Below, piece after piece: positions 26,031 through 38,550 of a stretch of DNA of 64,000 nt (the first letter of the stretch is position 1; every line of letters starts with the position of its first letter). The stretch is taken from positions 115,818,001-115,882,000 of the forward strand of contig CM059431.1 in NCBI GenBank assembly GCA_030390025.1, read 5' to 3'. The DNA is from Squalus acanthias. Its lineage: Eukaryota. Below the pieces are notes generated by a model. That model saw only the letters and a program-made list of their open reading frames with translations, was not told the DNA's origin and made no database searches. A program made the position numbers and the translations under genes.

Positions 26031-26323
26031 TCCCTTTAGATGGGACTCTTTGACTCGAATTTTCTGGGGTCTGTGTGGGTGTGATTGGAGGCGGGTCGGG
26101 TGGGAAATTTGAAATATCTTGACGTGGGTCTAACCTCACAGCTGATCAGTTCATAAGGCAGATGCTGTTGCGAAGTGCATTGCCAGGACAGATTTAGCTT
26201 TCAAGAGGTTGCAAGTGTTTCCAGCAATGTTGGTATCCAGTGTCACCTCATTGGTGGAATCTATCACACCAATGACAGATTGCTTCTGTCATCTCTACTT
26301 GACCTGCCATCTATTCCATCAGC

Positions 26324-27500
26324 ATGGGTGCTGTTTATACTGTCTCACCTTGGTCCTCAGAATCGGACCATGATGAGCCCCAACATCAGCAGCACCAGGC
26401 ACACCAGCAGCACCAACAACAACAACATCACCAACCTTTCCTCAACCACCTGATGCTGCACAGTACAGAGGGCATCAGCGCAGGGCTGCACCGCGCCAGA
26501 GGCGATACCCCCAACACAGGGTATACAGCCAGAGGATGAGCTTCCTCAACATGAGTGAGCAGCAGTGCCAAAGGAGGCTCAGGCTATCCCACTAGGTCAT
26601 TGCAGACATTTGCAGATTGCTGGAGGAAGACCTGCAGCCCAGAGGAGCGGGTGGACATGCCTTACCAGTCAAAGTCACCACTGCCCTCAACTTCTTCGCC
26701 TCAGGCTCCTTCCAGGGATCTGCAGCAGACATTTGCGGCATCTTGCAGTCGGCCGCCCACAGATGCATCACGCAGGTCACCGATGCCCTCTTTGACAATC
26801 AGCCAATTATATCAACTTTGCCACTGATGAAGCCCTTGCTACTGAGTGGGTGTTCGGCTTTGCCGCTCTGGCTGGCTTCCCACGGGTGCAGGGCGTCATC
26901 GACTGCACACATGTGGAGCATCAGGGCACCCCATCATAACCCAGGAGTGATCGTGAACTGCAAGGGCTTCCACTCCCTCAATGTGCAGCTGGTCTGCAAC
27001 CAAACGAAGATCATCATGCATGTGTGCACCAGATTCACTGGCAGCTACCATGACTCTTTCATCCTGCGCCAGTCCACCCTCCCTCAGCTCTTCGCACCAC
27101 CAAACAAACTTTCTGGCTGGCTGCTTGGAGACAAGGGCTATCCACTGAAGATGTGGCTCATGACAACCTTGAGGAAGCCAAGTACTGAAGCCCAGGAGAG
27201 ATATAATGAAAGCCACATTTCCACCAGATGTATCATAGAGCAGACAGGTAGGCATGCTGAAAATACATTTCAGATGCCTTGACAGATCTGGAGGAGCCCT
27301 TCAGTTGTGGTCTGCTGTGCCCTGCACAACAAGAGCGCAGCAGCGAGGATTAGCGCCGCATTAGGAGCAAGGCACTGAGCGCACAGCCTCTGCAGATGAG
27401 GAGGAGGAGCAGGAGGAACCTGCGGTCCAGATCCCACCAGCATCCGAGCACATTGCTGCCCGGGGGACCAGGGATGGCCTCATCATGGCCATTTTTACTT
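26324..27500 (+). pseudogene. Harbinger DDE transposase (HARBI1-like), frameshifted
   Basis: [53 protein letters not shown] and IIEQT motifs, with stops and frameshifts. The end coordinate is approximate. Confidence 0.93.
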
Positions 27501-27825
27501 AACTTTACGCATTACACCCAGATGGCTGCCACAGGCTGTGTCAGGTTGGCACCGCCCCACAGCAACACCATAAAGGATCCCTACAATGGCCAAGCCATTC
27601 CTTTCACACTGACCACCATTGCTGGAGGTAACGTTATTTCTCTCCATTCACTCCAACTCACTAAGCCAATTTGTCCATGATCGCAAAGTGGTGAAAATAA
27701 AGATTTTTATCTGTGACATCACAGTAACGGAAACTTTACACAAATATTTAATAAAACACCCAAGTGGCTACCCTTGTGAATCTACTTGTGTTTGATCTTT
27801 CTCTTGTGCGTGCTTCTATGAGGTG

Positions 27826-29600
27826 CTACCCCTGTGATTCAGCAGAGGTAGAGACAGCCTTTTGCCGATGTCTTCTGGTTTTTGGAGCCTCTGATGGCCC
27901 CGCCAAAGTCTCCTCCTCCTGCGACTGTGCAGGAGCAGACTCGGCCATCGCGATCTGAGGAGGCATCTGGGGCTCTGACTGATGGGGTGGGGGGGGGCAA
28001 CGGGGGAGAAGTGTGAGCGCTTTGAGAGGAGCCTCCACTTGCATGTCCCCTCTCATCATCATTCCTCTCAGGAGCTGGAGAGCACCTTGCTGCACAGCAG
28101 TGGGGCGATGAGGACCCACTTCCAAGTTGACATCCCTCCCAGAGAGGATGTCTATTAGGCTCTGCCATTTATTCTCCATCGAGACCATGTGCTCCTGTGA
28201 GTGGCGCATCAGCTGCTCCATGCAGGTGGTCATCCTTTCCATGGAAGAGCCTACAGTCGCCATCGCCTGCGACATAGTGATGCTCATGTTGGAGATTGAC
28301 TCCTCCATTCTCTGGACATTTGCAGACATCACGGTCACAAAACCTGTCAGAGCCTCCTGCACTTCTTGCTGCACCTCCAGGATTGCCCTCTTTCTGGATG
28401 GCCCCCGAGGCTCAGCGTCTGCATGCAGCTGAGCAGAGCTGGGAGCATCCTGCACCCTCCGGCGAGGAGTCTCCACTGCTGTCCCTCTCTCCATCATCTG
28501 CTCTTGCTCACTTGTGAGTTATGAGACACCAGGTGACAACACTACTCTATCTCGCATGGGACCCACCGAGGTGTGCGTATCTGCGCTGGTGCTGGGTGCA
28601 CTTAGGTTTGGTAACGCTGCTCCCTCAGAGGTTGGAGGCTCCTCTGAGGAGTCGTCTTGTTCTTCCTCCTGGACAGTGGAGGTGGGGGCTCTTGATGGAT
28701 CTGTGGGAGAGTAAAGAGATGATTTAGAAATGTCGTATCAAGAATGGGTAACGATACCATTATGCACACGATGAACATTCATTGGCTGCTGACATCAGTC
28801 CCCATATAAGTGACTGCTGTATGCCATGTCGCTGTATGAGATGTAATTCTGTCACCAGGTTGCTGAGATGTCCCCATCTCTCTGTCTCCCACCTCCAGCT
28901 GCTCTGCGACTCCAGAGACTTTCAAGGCAGCCTCCTCTGCTGATGTTAGGGTGGCCAATGATAGAGGGCCGCCTCCAGTTCTCTCCCTCTCCCTCTTATT
29001 GTGGGCTCTCTTTTCCTGCCAGGTGAGAAAGAAGAGAAGGTTGAGTGAGAGTGATGGAATGAGTGTAAGGAATGGATGGGTTACATCTGTAGAGGGTGAC
29101 TATGATGGAGTGGGGTGGCAATGCCAAGTGGCCTCCTTGTGTGTTGTTAGCTGGTATGATGCATTAGGATGAGGGTGAGTGTGAGGGGTGGCTAGTGAGA
29201 TGTGGATGTGATAATGTAGATAGAGGGAGAGGGATGGGTGGGCGTGCAAGGTATGTTGGTGTGAGTAAGGATGTGCAGCAGCAGGGTTGGGAAGGCAGAG
29301 TGATGGGGATGTGATGAGAGGCGCAGTAGGATGAAGTTGAGTGTGGTGTTGTACTCACCTTTCCTGAACTAATGAGATTATCGAAACGTTTCCAGCACTG
29401 CACCCAGGTCCTCCTCACAACATCCCTGCTGTTCACCTCCTCGGATATATTTGGAGCTAGGCTCCTTTTGTCTCCTGGGGAGGTCTCTTCCGCCCATTAG
29501 AAGGGAAGAGGACCTCCTTGCGTGCTCTCACTCCCTCCATAAGCATATGGAGGGAGTCATCGGAGAACCTGGGTGCAGCCCTCTGTCTCAGTGAACTCAT
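27826..29600 (-). pseudogene. Harbinger Myb/SANT-like DNA-binding gene, 3 exons (29600-29359, 29015-28856, 28700-27826), disrupted
   Basis: MSSLRQRAAPRFSDDSL...RTWVQCWKRF, then AG|GTGAGT. Exon 2 is CAG|EKRAHNKRERERTGGG...G|GTGAC. Exon 3 follows CCCACAG| and is acidic and coiled-coil-like. Stop and frameshift lesions are present. Confidence 0.88.
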
Positions 29601-30466
29601 GTTTGGCACTCTTTGCAGCACTCCAATGGTGCAGTGTGCTGCCTGCACTATCCTAGATGAACGTTCAAATGCAATGTGGCCTTTAAATATCCCGGCTGAA
29701 AACGCATCATTGCTGACGTCATCAGACCCGCACCATTTAATTGGGCTGGGTAACACGCAGGGTGACCTTAATAGGCCCCATTAACGGAAAGTCGATCTCA
29801 GGAGCGGCATGGAATGAAGAACGGGGTCGCGACCCGCCACGTCGACCGCCCGTACCCGACCCACCCAGGTACAGAAAATTCCCGCCTTTGTGTTTTGCAG
29901 TGTAAAGTGTGGGTTTAGTTAAATTGTGCAGAATGGTGTGTTAGATGGTAGTGATTGCCTATTGTAGATTGGGCCAAGATTTGATATTCCGGTCAATATC
30001 AGCAATGCACATTTGTCTGTTTTGAAATGGCATGAGTGAATTTTCAGATTTGCAAGTAAGATTGCAGGAAAAATGCCTGAGGAGGCTGCCTCGCTCCAGT
30101 GAGACCATACATGGAGTATTATGGGATTGTAACATGAGCCAAAGTAAACCAAGATAAAAACTGAAGAGCTTCAGCACTGGAAATCAAAATGATGGTTTTA
30201 TTTTGAACGTGAAAGATTAGTGAATATGGCTCACTGAGTAAAATATTAATAATACTGGGCTATTTGATTCCAAATTTAGATTAACTTAATGGTTACAGAA
30301 CATTAGTTTGTTCAATGGCAATTTTCTCTTAAAACCATGCAGCACATTTTATTTTCACGTGTTGGTTTCACCATGGACACAGTAATTAGTATTGTCACTA
30401 GTTCAAGTAACATGACATTACCCATGGGCCAAACACATAGGGCTCCACAACCACAAGTGCACGGAA

Positions 30467-30640
30467 GGTGCAACATTTTACTGAATTTCAGTGGCAGGTC
30501 CAAAAAACCCCCCAGAAATTTATGCGAAAAAGAGAACGCGCAACAAAACTTCAAAATGCTGGAAAACGCACAAAAAAGTATCAACAATCTGAATTTCATG
30601 GGAAATTCCCTTAGGACGCCCAGACTATATATTTTGCACC
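30467..30640. mobile_element. Short MITE
   Basis: TIR GGTGCAACAT / ATTTTGCACC with internal inverted and direct AAACGC motifs. Confidence 0.5.
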
Positions 30641-30826
30641 ATTAGAGCTTATTTGTCTTGCCAAAAATTTCAAATTCCACCACTTCAAAAAAACATTTTT
30701 TTTCCATATAATACATTTGATAGAATATTGAGAGAGTTGCAGCTTAAGTAATGACAAGTTCACATCCCACTGCACTTCCATTGTAACTACTTCTTTTTGC
30801 AGGTCATATGTTGCCTTTCAGTTTTA

Positions 30827-31678
30827 AAGAAAGCACTTTCATTTATATAGCACCTTCCACAGCCTCAGGACTCCCCAAAGCAAATCACAGCCAATGAAAT
30901 ACTTTTGAAGTGTAAGCACTGTTATAATGTGGAGTATCGCAGCAGACAATTTGGTCCGACACTCAACAATCAAATAAATGACCAGATAATCTGTTTAGGT
31001 GGTGTTAATGTTGAACAGGACACTGGGAGAACTCCCCGCTCTTCTTCAAAATGTGCTCATGGGATTTTTTGCATCCACCTGAGAGGGCAGACAGAGCCTT
31101 GATTTAACATCTCAATCAAAACTACAGCACCTCTTCCAGTGCATCACTCCTATAGTACTGCACTGACATGCCAGTGCTTAACATAGGAACACAGGAACAG
31201 GAGGAGGCCATCCAGCCTCTCGAGCCTGTTCCGCCATTCAATGAGATCATGGCTGATCTGCGACCTAACTCCATATACCCGCCTTTGGCCCATACCCCTT
31301 AATACCTTTGGTTAACAAAAAGCTATCAATCTCCGATTTAAAATTAACAATTGATCTAGCATCAATTGCCGTTTGCGGAGGAGAGTTCCAAACTTCTACC
31401 ACCCTTTGTGTGTAGAAATGTTTCCTAATTTCACTCCTGAAAGGTCTGGCTCTAATTTTTAGACTATGCCCCTAGTCCTAGGATCCCCAACCAGCAGAAA
31501 TAGTTTCTCTCTGTTCCCATTAATATCCTGAAAACTTCGATCAGATCACCCCTTAACCTTCTAAATTCTAGGGAATACAACCCTAATTTGTGTAATCTCT
31601 CCTCGTAACTTAATTTAAATCTATGGAGTGGGGCTTGATCCTATAACCTTCTGACTACCAACTGAGCCAAGGCTGACA
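30827..31678 (-). mobile_element. DeuSINE (SacSINE1-like) interrupted by CR1
   Basis: Same family as 21285-21744. The body lies at 30827-31176 and the head at 31615-31678 (ACTGAGCCAAGGCTGAC). Confidence 0.75.
31180..31612 (-). mobile_element. CR1 LINE 3' fragment
   Basis: ACATAGGAACACAGGAACAGGAGGAGGCCAT...TCAATGAGATCATGGCTGATC is the reverse complement of a CR1 3'UTR, and the ORF2 end follows. Confidence 0.88.
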
Positions 31679-32766
31679 ATCTTAAATGTTGCAATCATGG
31701 ATGCATAAAGTGATTGAATTCAAGTGTGTAAAGGTAATCTATCTCCTTCATTCCCAGGTTCTCAAAACTTTTGATGTAGTTTAATTTTTCCTAAAACTAA
31801 AGCCTGGCGTCACCTGTTCTTGTTTAATCATGTCTTCTCCCCTACTCTGTAAAACCTTGGTGGTGCTTGGCACTTTGGGCCCTGGTCTTTCCCCTGGGTT
31901 TCTGAATGAAACAAGGATCACCAAACTTGGATATTGTGGCTGCAGTACCACATAGTTTCTGAAGGTGGCATTGGTGGCATTATTAACTCCTAATACACCA
32001 TCAGCAGGCCCGTGGCAGTAGTGCAGTCTGTACGGTTCAATTAGAATAATGCTGAAAACACACAGCAGGTCTGTCAGTGTCTGGAACGAGAAAAGACAGG
32101 CATGGACCCAGACCAGACTTCGGAGCATATTGCAATATTGATAAACATATTGTAAAAATACATTTGCAAATGTTAGTCAAGGATTTAATGTATCTTTTTA
32201 AGGTGAACTGGAATCACAGAGAAATCGGGGTGATCATGATAATGATGTGCAACATGTCCCTTCACCCTGAATTGGTCATTGGACTCAGTGAAAAGCAGGG
32301 GGGGGGGAAGTGCTTTACTTGGAGATTTTCAAATTATGATTCTAACCTCCTGTTTAGATAAATTAGGTGCATCATTGGGCTCGATACAGAATACAGCTCT
32401 CTCTACACTGGCCTAATAATGTGCCTCAGCCCCAGCCTCTTGTTGAGTCGGTGTAACAATTTTTAGATCCTACAACAGCCGTCCTTTGAGTGAGATTGCC
32501 AGCTCAGTGCCACATCTGGGATTTGTGAAGCCTTAATCCAGCCGTCACCATTCCTGGGGCTGGGCTGTTCACTCCCCTCGAGTGCCATGGAGGAGAACAG
32601 GTTCTTTTTTACCATCGATGAACCAATAGCATTTCAAATGTCATAAACAGTCGCCTTTCAGTTTATCCATTCTCATGAAACTTTATCTACAAGTATCGCA
32701 ATTAGCACAAACTTAACACCATTTCTCACCTGAACATTTACCGCTGATATACAAATCAAATACATT

Positions 32767-33598
32767 GGGCTGGATTTTACCAGCCCTGAGGAGGCGGGTT
32801 TGGAGGCGGGACTGCTGGGAAAATGCCAGAAACTGGGAGCGGGTACCGACCCCATTCCCAACCCGCCTCCGTGCCATCTTCCCGGGAGGCAGGTCCCCGA
32901 GTCGTGCAGGGACCCATCTCCTTGAGGCGGGAAGCGGATTAGAGCCAATTAACTGCTTGTTAACAGGTAGTTAACAGGCAGTTTTGAGGCTTTTCCCCAT
33001 TTTACGCCTGGAATTGCGGGCTTCCTGACGGCTGCGAACCTCGCCAGGGTCAGCGAGGCGAGCAGTGGGTCTGCGGGGGTGAGAGGGGTCGAAATGTCAG
33101 CTGTAGAGGTGAGTGATGGGTGCAAGTGTGGACAGGTAAGTATGAGAGGTGAGTGTAAAGTGTTGGAAAAAGTTGCCTTACCTTTGCTTCTTTCTGCAGG
33201 CTTCAACCCTTGGGGATCCCAGAGGTGCCTTATCTCAATGGCAGAGATGACAGAATGGCTGCTGCATTCTCAGATGCTGCAGCCAACTGCTTTCTGCTGA
33301 GGAGAGAGGTCTTGGTGAGCCTTTGTGCAAGGGCTCACCTTAGAACAAAGATTGTCAGTGCTTGACAGCTTCTCAAAGCTGTCAAACGTTGACAATTCAT
33401 CTGTCAAAATTTTTTCGACAGTTGAAGTGTCATACGCTGACGTCATCTGTCACCGGCTTTCCCTTAATTGGCCGGTATGCCCGCAAGGCCAATCAAGGGA
33501 AAATAACGTGGGTTGGTCAGACGTCGCTGGGGGCGGGACTGAAACCCGGAAACCAGAAGTCCCGTCTCCAGCACGTCTCCATTGACAAAATTCAGCCC
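32767..33598. mobile_element. Harbinger family B non-autonomous element
   Basis: TIR GGGCTGGATTTT / AAAATTCAGCCC. The subterminal CCAGCCCTGAGGAGGCGGGTTTGGAGGC resembles the ends at 52747 and 37241. Flanks ATT/AAT. Confidence 0.85.
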
Positions 33599-34084
33599 AA
33601 TGTGTAACAAAGAGAGTTTGTTTGTTGGTAAGATCGCTAAAGTAGGTACCAGACTCTAATTCCCTTTTAATTTTGCTGCAAGACCAATAAAATATTGCCT
33701 TTATTATACCTGCCTGAGAAGCATGTGATAGTGTACTCTACAGTGATGATGCCACAGTTAGCTCCAGCTAAAGTGTAGTATATAATTCCAAAACACTAAT
33801 AGAAATCATCCAAGCCAATGTAATAGAAAATAATTGAACTACCTGATTCACCTTGAAGTAGTGGACTTGACCGTAGGCCTTTATTCGGTGCATCTTTTCT
33901 ATTAAATGCTGCTTTCTTGAGTTGTCAGCTTTTTGGGGGCCTAATCAGCTTTTATGAAGTTATCAATGAGTTTTGTAGGTTGGCAGGTATACTGGCCTGG
34001 TGTGTCAGCTTCTCACCAGAACAAGTATGTCATTGGAAGGCCATTTTGAAGTGAGTTGCAAGTATCTTCAGCCAAATTCATTAG

Positions 34085-34405
34085 TATTTTCGGATGAGAC
34101 GTTAAACCGAGGCCCTGTCTGCTCTCTCAGGTGGACGCAAAAGATCCCATGGCACTATTTCGAAGAAGAGCAGGGGAGTTATCCCCAGTGTCCTGGCCAA
34201 TATTTACCCCTCAATCAACATCACGAAAACAGATTATTTGATCATTATCACATTGCTGTTTGTGGGAGCTTGCTGTGCATAAATTGGCTGCTGCGTTTCC
34301 CACATTACAACAGTGACTACACTTCAAATAGTACTTCATTGGCTGTAAAGCGCTTTGGGACATCCTGAGGTCCCAAAAATGCAAGTCTTTCTTTCTCCTT
34401 TCTTT
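34085..34405 (+). mobile_element. DeuSINE (SacSINE1-like), 5'-truncated
   Basis: GGATGAGACGTTAAACCGAGGCCCTGTCTGCTCTCTCAGGTGGAC...AAATGCAAGTCTTTC. Confidence 0.9.
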
Positions 34406-35480
34406 CAACTAAACATTAGAGCACTCAGTATTGCTACAATTTTATTTCTCCGCAACTGGTCTTCAGTTCTAGCTCATTCAAACATCATTGAAATTTTTAT
34501 TGAGGTAATGAAAAATGATCCTGAGAAATAATTATAAAAATTCATGAAGGATAAAGACATTCTAAAAAGTGACTGCAAATGAAGGCTGTAAATGGTAAAC
34601 AAAGGCTATCTGGTGCTGGTTGCAGGCTCTGAATATTATTACAGACACAATAATGTCACTTTTGTAACACGAGGGATAATAAAACTACAGTCAACATTTG
34701 GTTGATTATTCCCTTAAGCTCAATTCAGTTATAATCACAGTAATACACTTGTCATTCACCTGTGCAATCTCCTGTAAAAAGCAAGCGGGGTTCAATAGGT
34801 CATGAGCAGCTGCCAATTGAACTCCACTGCGAGACCATCAACACAAACCTACAGTACATACCAGTTGTATGCTGTCGAAGGATGTATCTTCAGGGTGTTA
34901 ACAAGCTAAAATGTGACCTATCTGTCCCACTCCCTCCCAGAGGCAGCTGGGGTCAGGCTGAACTCTGAAGTTAAACTCATCTGAAAGGCCATTAAAACTT
35001 GTGTACAAAATGTACCCTCAACCTTTTGAAAGATAGAGCCTTTAAGGTATCAAAAAGCTATTGGCCCATGACACTGACAACAGCAATAACAAAGATGATG
35101 ATGATAGATGCATTGGTCTACCTCAGGCTCACTCTGCAAGGCACAAACATGGTAAATATTTTGTTCAGTTTCTGAGAGTTAAATCAGTAATATCTCTGTC
35201 TTATTGCCCACTGACTTCAATCACAGAAGATGCCAATTAATGACCAAACAACTATCTACTATCATGTGACTGTTATTTTAGTACTTTTTGAGATTTTGTC
35301 TCAGATTCTGAGGGGTTATATTTGGGCTGTTGGTGATTTTCACACTGACTTACTGGCACGGAGTGAGAAAAGAAGACTGGCGACAGAAGTGAGTAAAATC
35401 AATACTTTTGCTTTAAGGATGAGATAAACATCACAGGGGAAGTATATTTTCACTTGTAAATCTTCAATTTTGGACTCTCA

Positions 35481-37241
35481 GGACTGGATTTTGTCACTGG
35501 GGGCGGGCTGGGGGTGGGTCAGGTGGTTGGCGTGTCAGGACCCCGCCTCCGATGTGAGGCGGGACAAAAGTGCGATTTTGCCCTAATTGGGCACTTGATT
35601 TCCAGCGTGTGGGAACCCCTGGCCCAATGAGTCTTTTGATACTGAAACTCGCCTCCGATGACATCATCTATGCAGCTGAATTTAAGGCCTGCAAGCAGCC
35701 TTGGTTCTTTTTCAGCCTTACAACTTTATCAACGTACTTCTGAGGGATTCCTACTGCAACTATGTCCAGCACCAGACCAAAGTGTGCACCTAGATTCGAT
35801 GAGGCCTCCCTCCAAGCTCTGGTAGAGGGAGCAAGAGCAAACAAGGAAGTGCTCTTTCCTTCCTCAGGGAGGAAAAAGCCTCCACAACAGACCAAAACTG
35901 TGTGGCTGCAAGTGGCACAGGAGGTGAATGCAGTTTCAATGTGCAGCAGAACCTGGCTGCAGTGCCGAAATAGGTTTCATGACCTTCTCCGCACAGGAAA
36001 AGTGAGTATTCCATCCCCATGACCCTCAATCTGATCCCCATCGCCTCTCATCACCAGCACTCTGCTTTGTCAACCTCCTCCTCCACATCCCACTTCACCC
36101 TTACATACCTGCACCCTTACCCATTCCTTCTCTCTGTATGTTCACATTCACTTAGCTATTCGACTATGCAGCCCTCACACTCCCTATCGCTGTGATGCTA
36201 TGACAACAACTTACAACACACAGGGAGGGCCCTTGGTCTTGGCACCTCACTCCATCTTTGTGTCCTTCTAAGCATCTATGCTATGGATTCTCTACACTCA
36301 CTCCTTCATTCTCACTCCACTTGCGTCCCTCATTACAGGAAAAGAGAGCCCACAATAAGAGGGAGAGGACGAGGACAGGAGGAGGGCCACCCTCAGTAGC
36401 CCAGCTCACCACTGCGGAGGAGGCGGCCCTGGAGATCGTGGGAGTGGAGGAAGATGCGCAAGTGAGGAACGGACAGACGGGCGCATCAGAGCAAGCTGGT
36501 GACAGAATAGTTTTTCATCTCTCTCATTGACATTGCATGAGTGACTGATATTGATTCTGATGCTCTAACAGATTGACTTATGATCATCTGCACAATTTAA
36601 TGTGCATGCAACATTTATCTCACATGTCTAATTCTTTCCTTTACTCCCCCACAGGACCAACGACAACCCCCTTCCCCTCTGTCCAGGAGGAAAGGAAATA
36701 AATGGTTCCCATTCTTCTGGTATATACCTCAGTTGAGGAAGTGCTCAGTCAAGGTGGGGAGAGGGGTTTCCCAGGAGGTCACCCTGGAGATGGGTCTCAG
36801 GCTCCAAACTTCCACAACAATGAGTAGGCCTGCTAAAAGTTCCCCCAGACCTGAGACAACAAAGTTCTGCCACCTGCAAATGATGATTGCTGAAAACTCC
36901 TTTTTAATGGTGGAGCTGCAGCTGTTAGTAAGCAATCCACTTGTGAGGCCGCCAGGAGTAACTGGCGTGTTCCAGAGGAGGCGTGGAGGATGGGGGAAAA
37001 GTGTTAAATTCAGAAAGGCCTCTCAAAATTGGATTATAGAGGCACGTAACTGGTTGTTAAGGGTCTTAAGGGCCTATCCACCTCTTGGAGGCGGGATGGA
37101 AACGGGGTCTGAAACCCCGATTCTGGGAAAATTGCTCGGAGGCAGGCTGGAGGTGGGATCGGAGCTGCCTGCCATTTTTTGCGATTTTAACACCTCGCAC
37201 GCCTCCAAACCCGCCTCCTCAGGCCTGGCAAAATCGAGCCC
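35481..37241. mobile_element. Harbinger family B deletion derivative retaining the Myb gene
   Basis: TIR GGACTGGATTTT / AAAATCGAGCCC with a TCA TSD. 36690-37241 is homologous to the reverse complement of 52747-53295 (left end through the transposase start). Confidence 0.92.
35762..36701 (+). CDS. Transposon-encoded Myb/SANT-like protein, predicted spliced ORF of 148 aa (35762-36001, 36339-36498, 36655-36701)
   Basis: All three exons are open, with canonical GT-AG introns at the same positions as in the family A copy (exon 2 is 160 nt in both). Expression is unknown. Confidence 0.55.
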
Positions 37242-37838
37242 TCAGTGTGAAGCTGGACTCAGAAGAAGCCGGGCTGCTGAATTGAAGCTACAGAGTCGTA
37301 TCCTTATCTCCCCTGAGAACATAGCTTCTGCGTTGGGAGCACAGAATCACTCTGGTACTTTCAAATTATTATACATATCAGAATCTATGTGCTATGTGTA
37401 AACAAAGTTGCTGCCTGTCTTGTTTCTCTATATTTATTGATACTACTATGGTCAGTGCTCTTCCTAGATTGTTCATCCTATGTTGAAAATATCTCTTCCT
37501 CTTATCTACATCCTTAGGGTGTTAAAAAAATCACTGTCTCCCACTCAAACTCATTCTTTCACAGGACCTCAAAGCTAAGGAACACCTTACCTGTCTCAAT
37601 CTTTCCTTCCGTCTACAATTCGTACCCTTTTAAAACCTGACCTTGGCATCACCTGCTTACTATTTCTTGATTTACCACGCACAATTTATTCTTTTCAGCC
37701 TTGGTGCTTTTCTGAATCGCCTTCACCTTGGTTTCTCAATAAAAATGTCATTGCCGTTGGTTTCTGCCATAACTTTGGTGGAAGATCCACTGCAATCCTA
37801 GAGAAATAGCGTACACGGTGTTAACGGCGTAACTCAGA

Positions 37839-38550
37839 GGGCTGAATCTTGACAGGGACGGGCTGCATAGGCGGGGGTTAGAGTTTAGTTGGGGAAACCT
37901 GTAAGGGTTTCCCTGCCAGCTGTGGAGTTTTGACTCTACAACGTGCGTAGATTTGCGGTGACAGGTTCCCCACCCGGAAGTCAGGCTGATTGACAGGCTT
38001 GGCTTCCAGTCGAGTGGGGAGCACTCCGGAAGAGGCCACAGCTGCAGGTTAAGTTGCCTGCTGCTGTTAGTGGGAGTGTGGAGGGGGGGCTATCTGATCC
38101 CCGATCACGGGGGGGGGGTGGCGGGGGTGCGTCCTCGGTGGGGGTGCGACCCTGATGGAGTGTCCGATCCCTGAGCCGGGAGGGCGGTATGTGGTGGGGG
38201 GGGGGGGGGGGGGTTGATGGGGGGGGCGGGAGCTTGGGGGGCCAGGGCGAAGCACTTACCTTCTCCCCAAAGCATTCCTCATCTCCCTTCAGCTGCCGGG
38301 TTTCCTGAGGCCTGGGAAACTCGGCAGCCAAAGGGTTAAATCTGCAAAGCTGGTTAAATCAGAGGCTGCCAGCCTCATTAAAATATTTAATTGGCCAAGC
38401 CGCCTTCTGGGAGCGGGTTGGCTGCCCACTCCTTGTCCCGCCCGGAAGTGGGCGGGTTGGAGGCGGGTTTGGGTCGGGTTTGTGGTTTTAACAATTTTAA
38501 CATCTCACCCGACCCCAACCCACCTGTTTTGGGGGGTTAACATTCAGCCC
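37839..38550. mobile_element. Harbinger-type MITE inserted into an older palindromic MITE (about 37750-38625)
   Basis: TIR GGGCTGAATCTT / AACATTCAGCCC with an AGA TSD. The flanks rejoin into a hairpin element resembling 47378-47550. Confidence 0.85.

Larger units (their letters stand above)
26052..29886. mobile_element. Full-length (3.8 kb) PIF/Harbinger transposon, family A, inactive
   Basis: TIR GACTCGAATTTT / AAAATTCCCGCC with a TTT TSD. Contains convergent transposase and Myb-like genes. Confidence 0.93.

Noticed and set aside
26617..27282. Host HARBI1 gene
   Set aside because: It lies within TIRs and a TSD, is frameshifted, and has paralogous copies in the window, so it is a transposon copy.
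31781..32128. 115-aa minus-strand ORF
   Set aside because: No recognisable family and no convincing splice or start context.
36733..37401. 222-aa ORF
   Set aside because: Antisense to the transposase leader and runs through the TIR. No recognisable domain.
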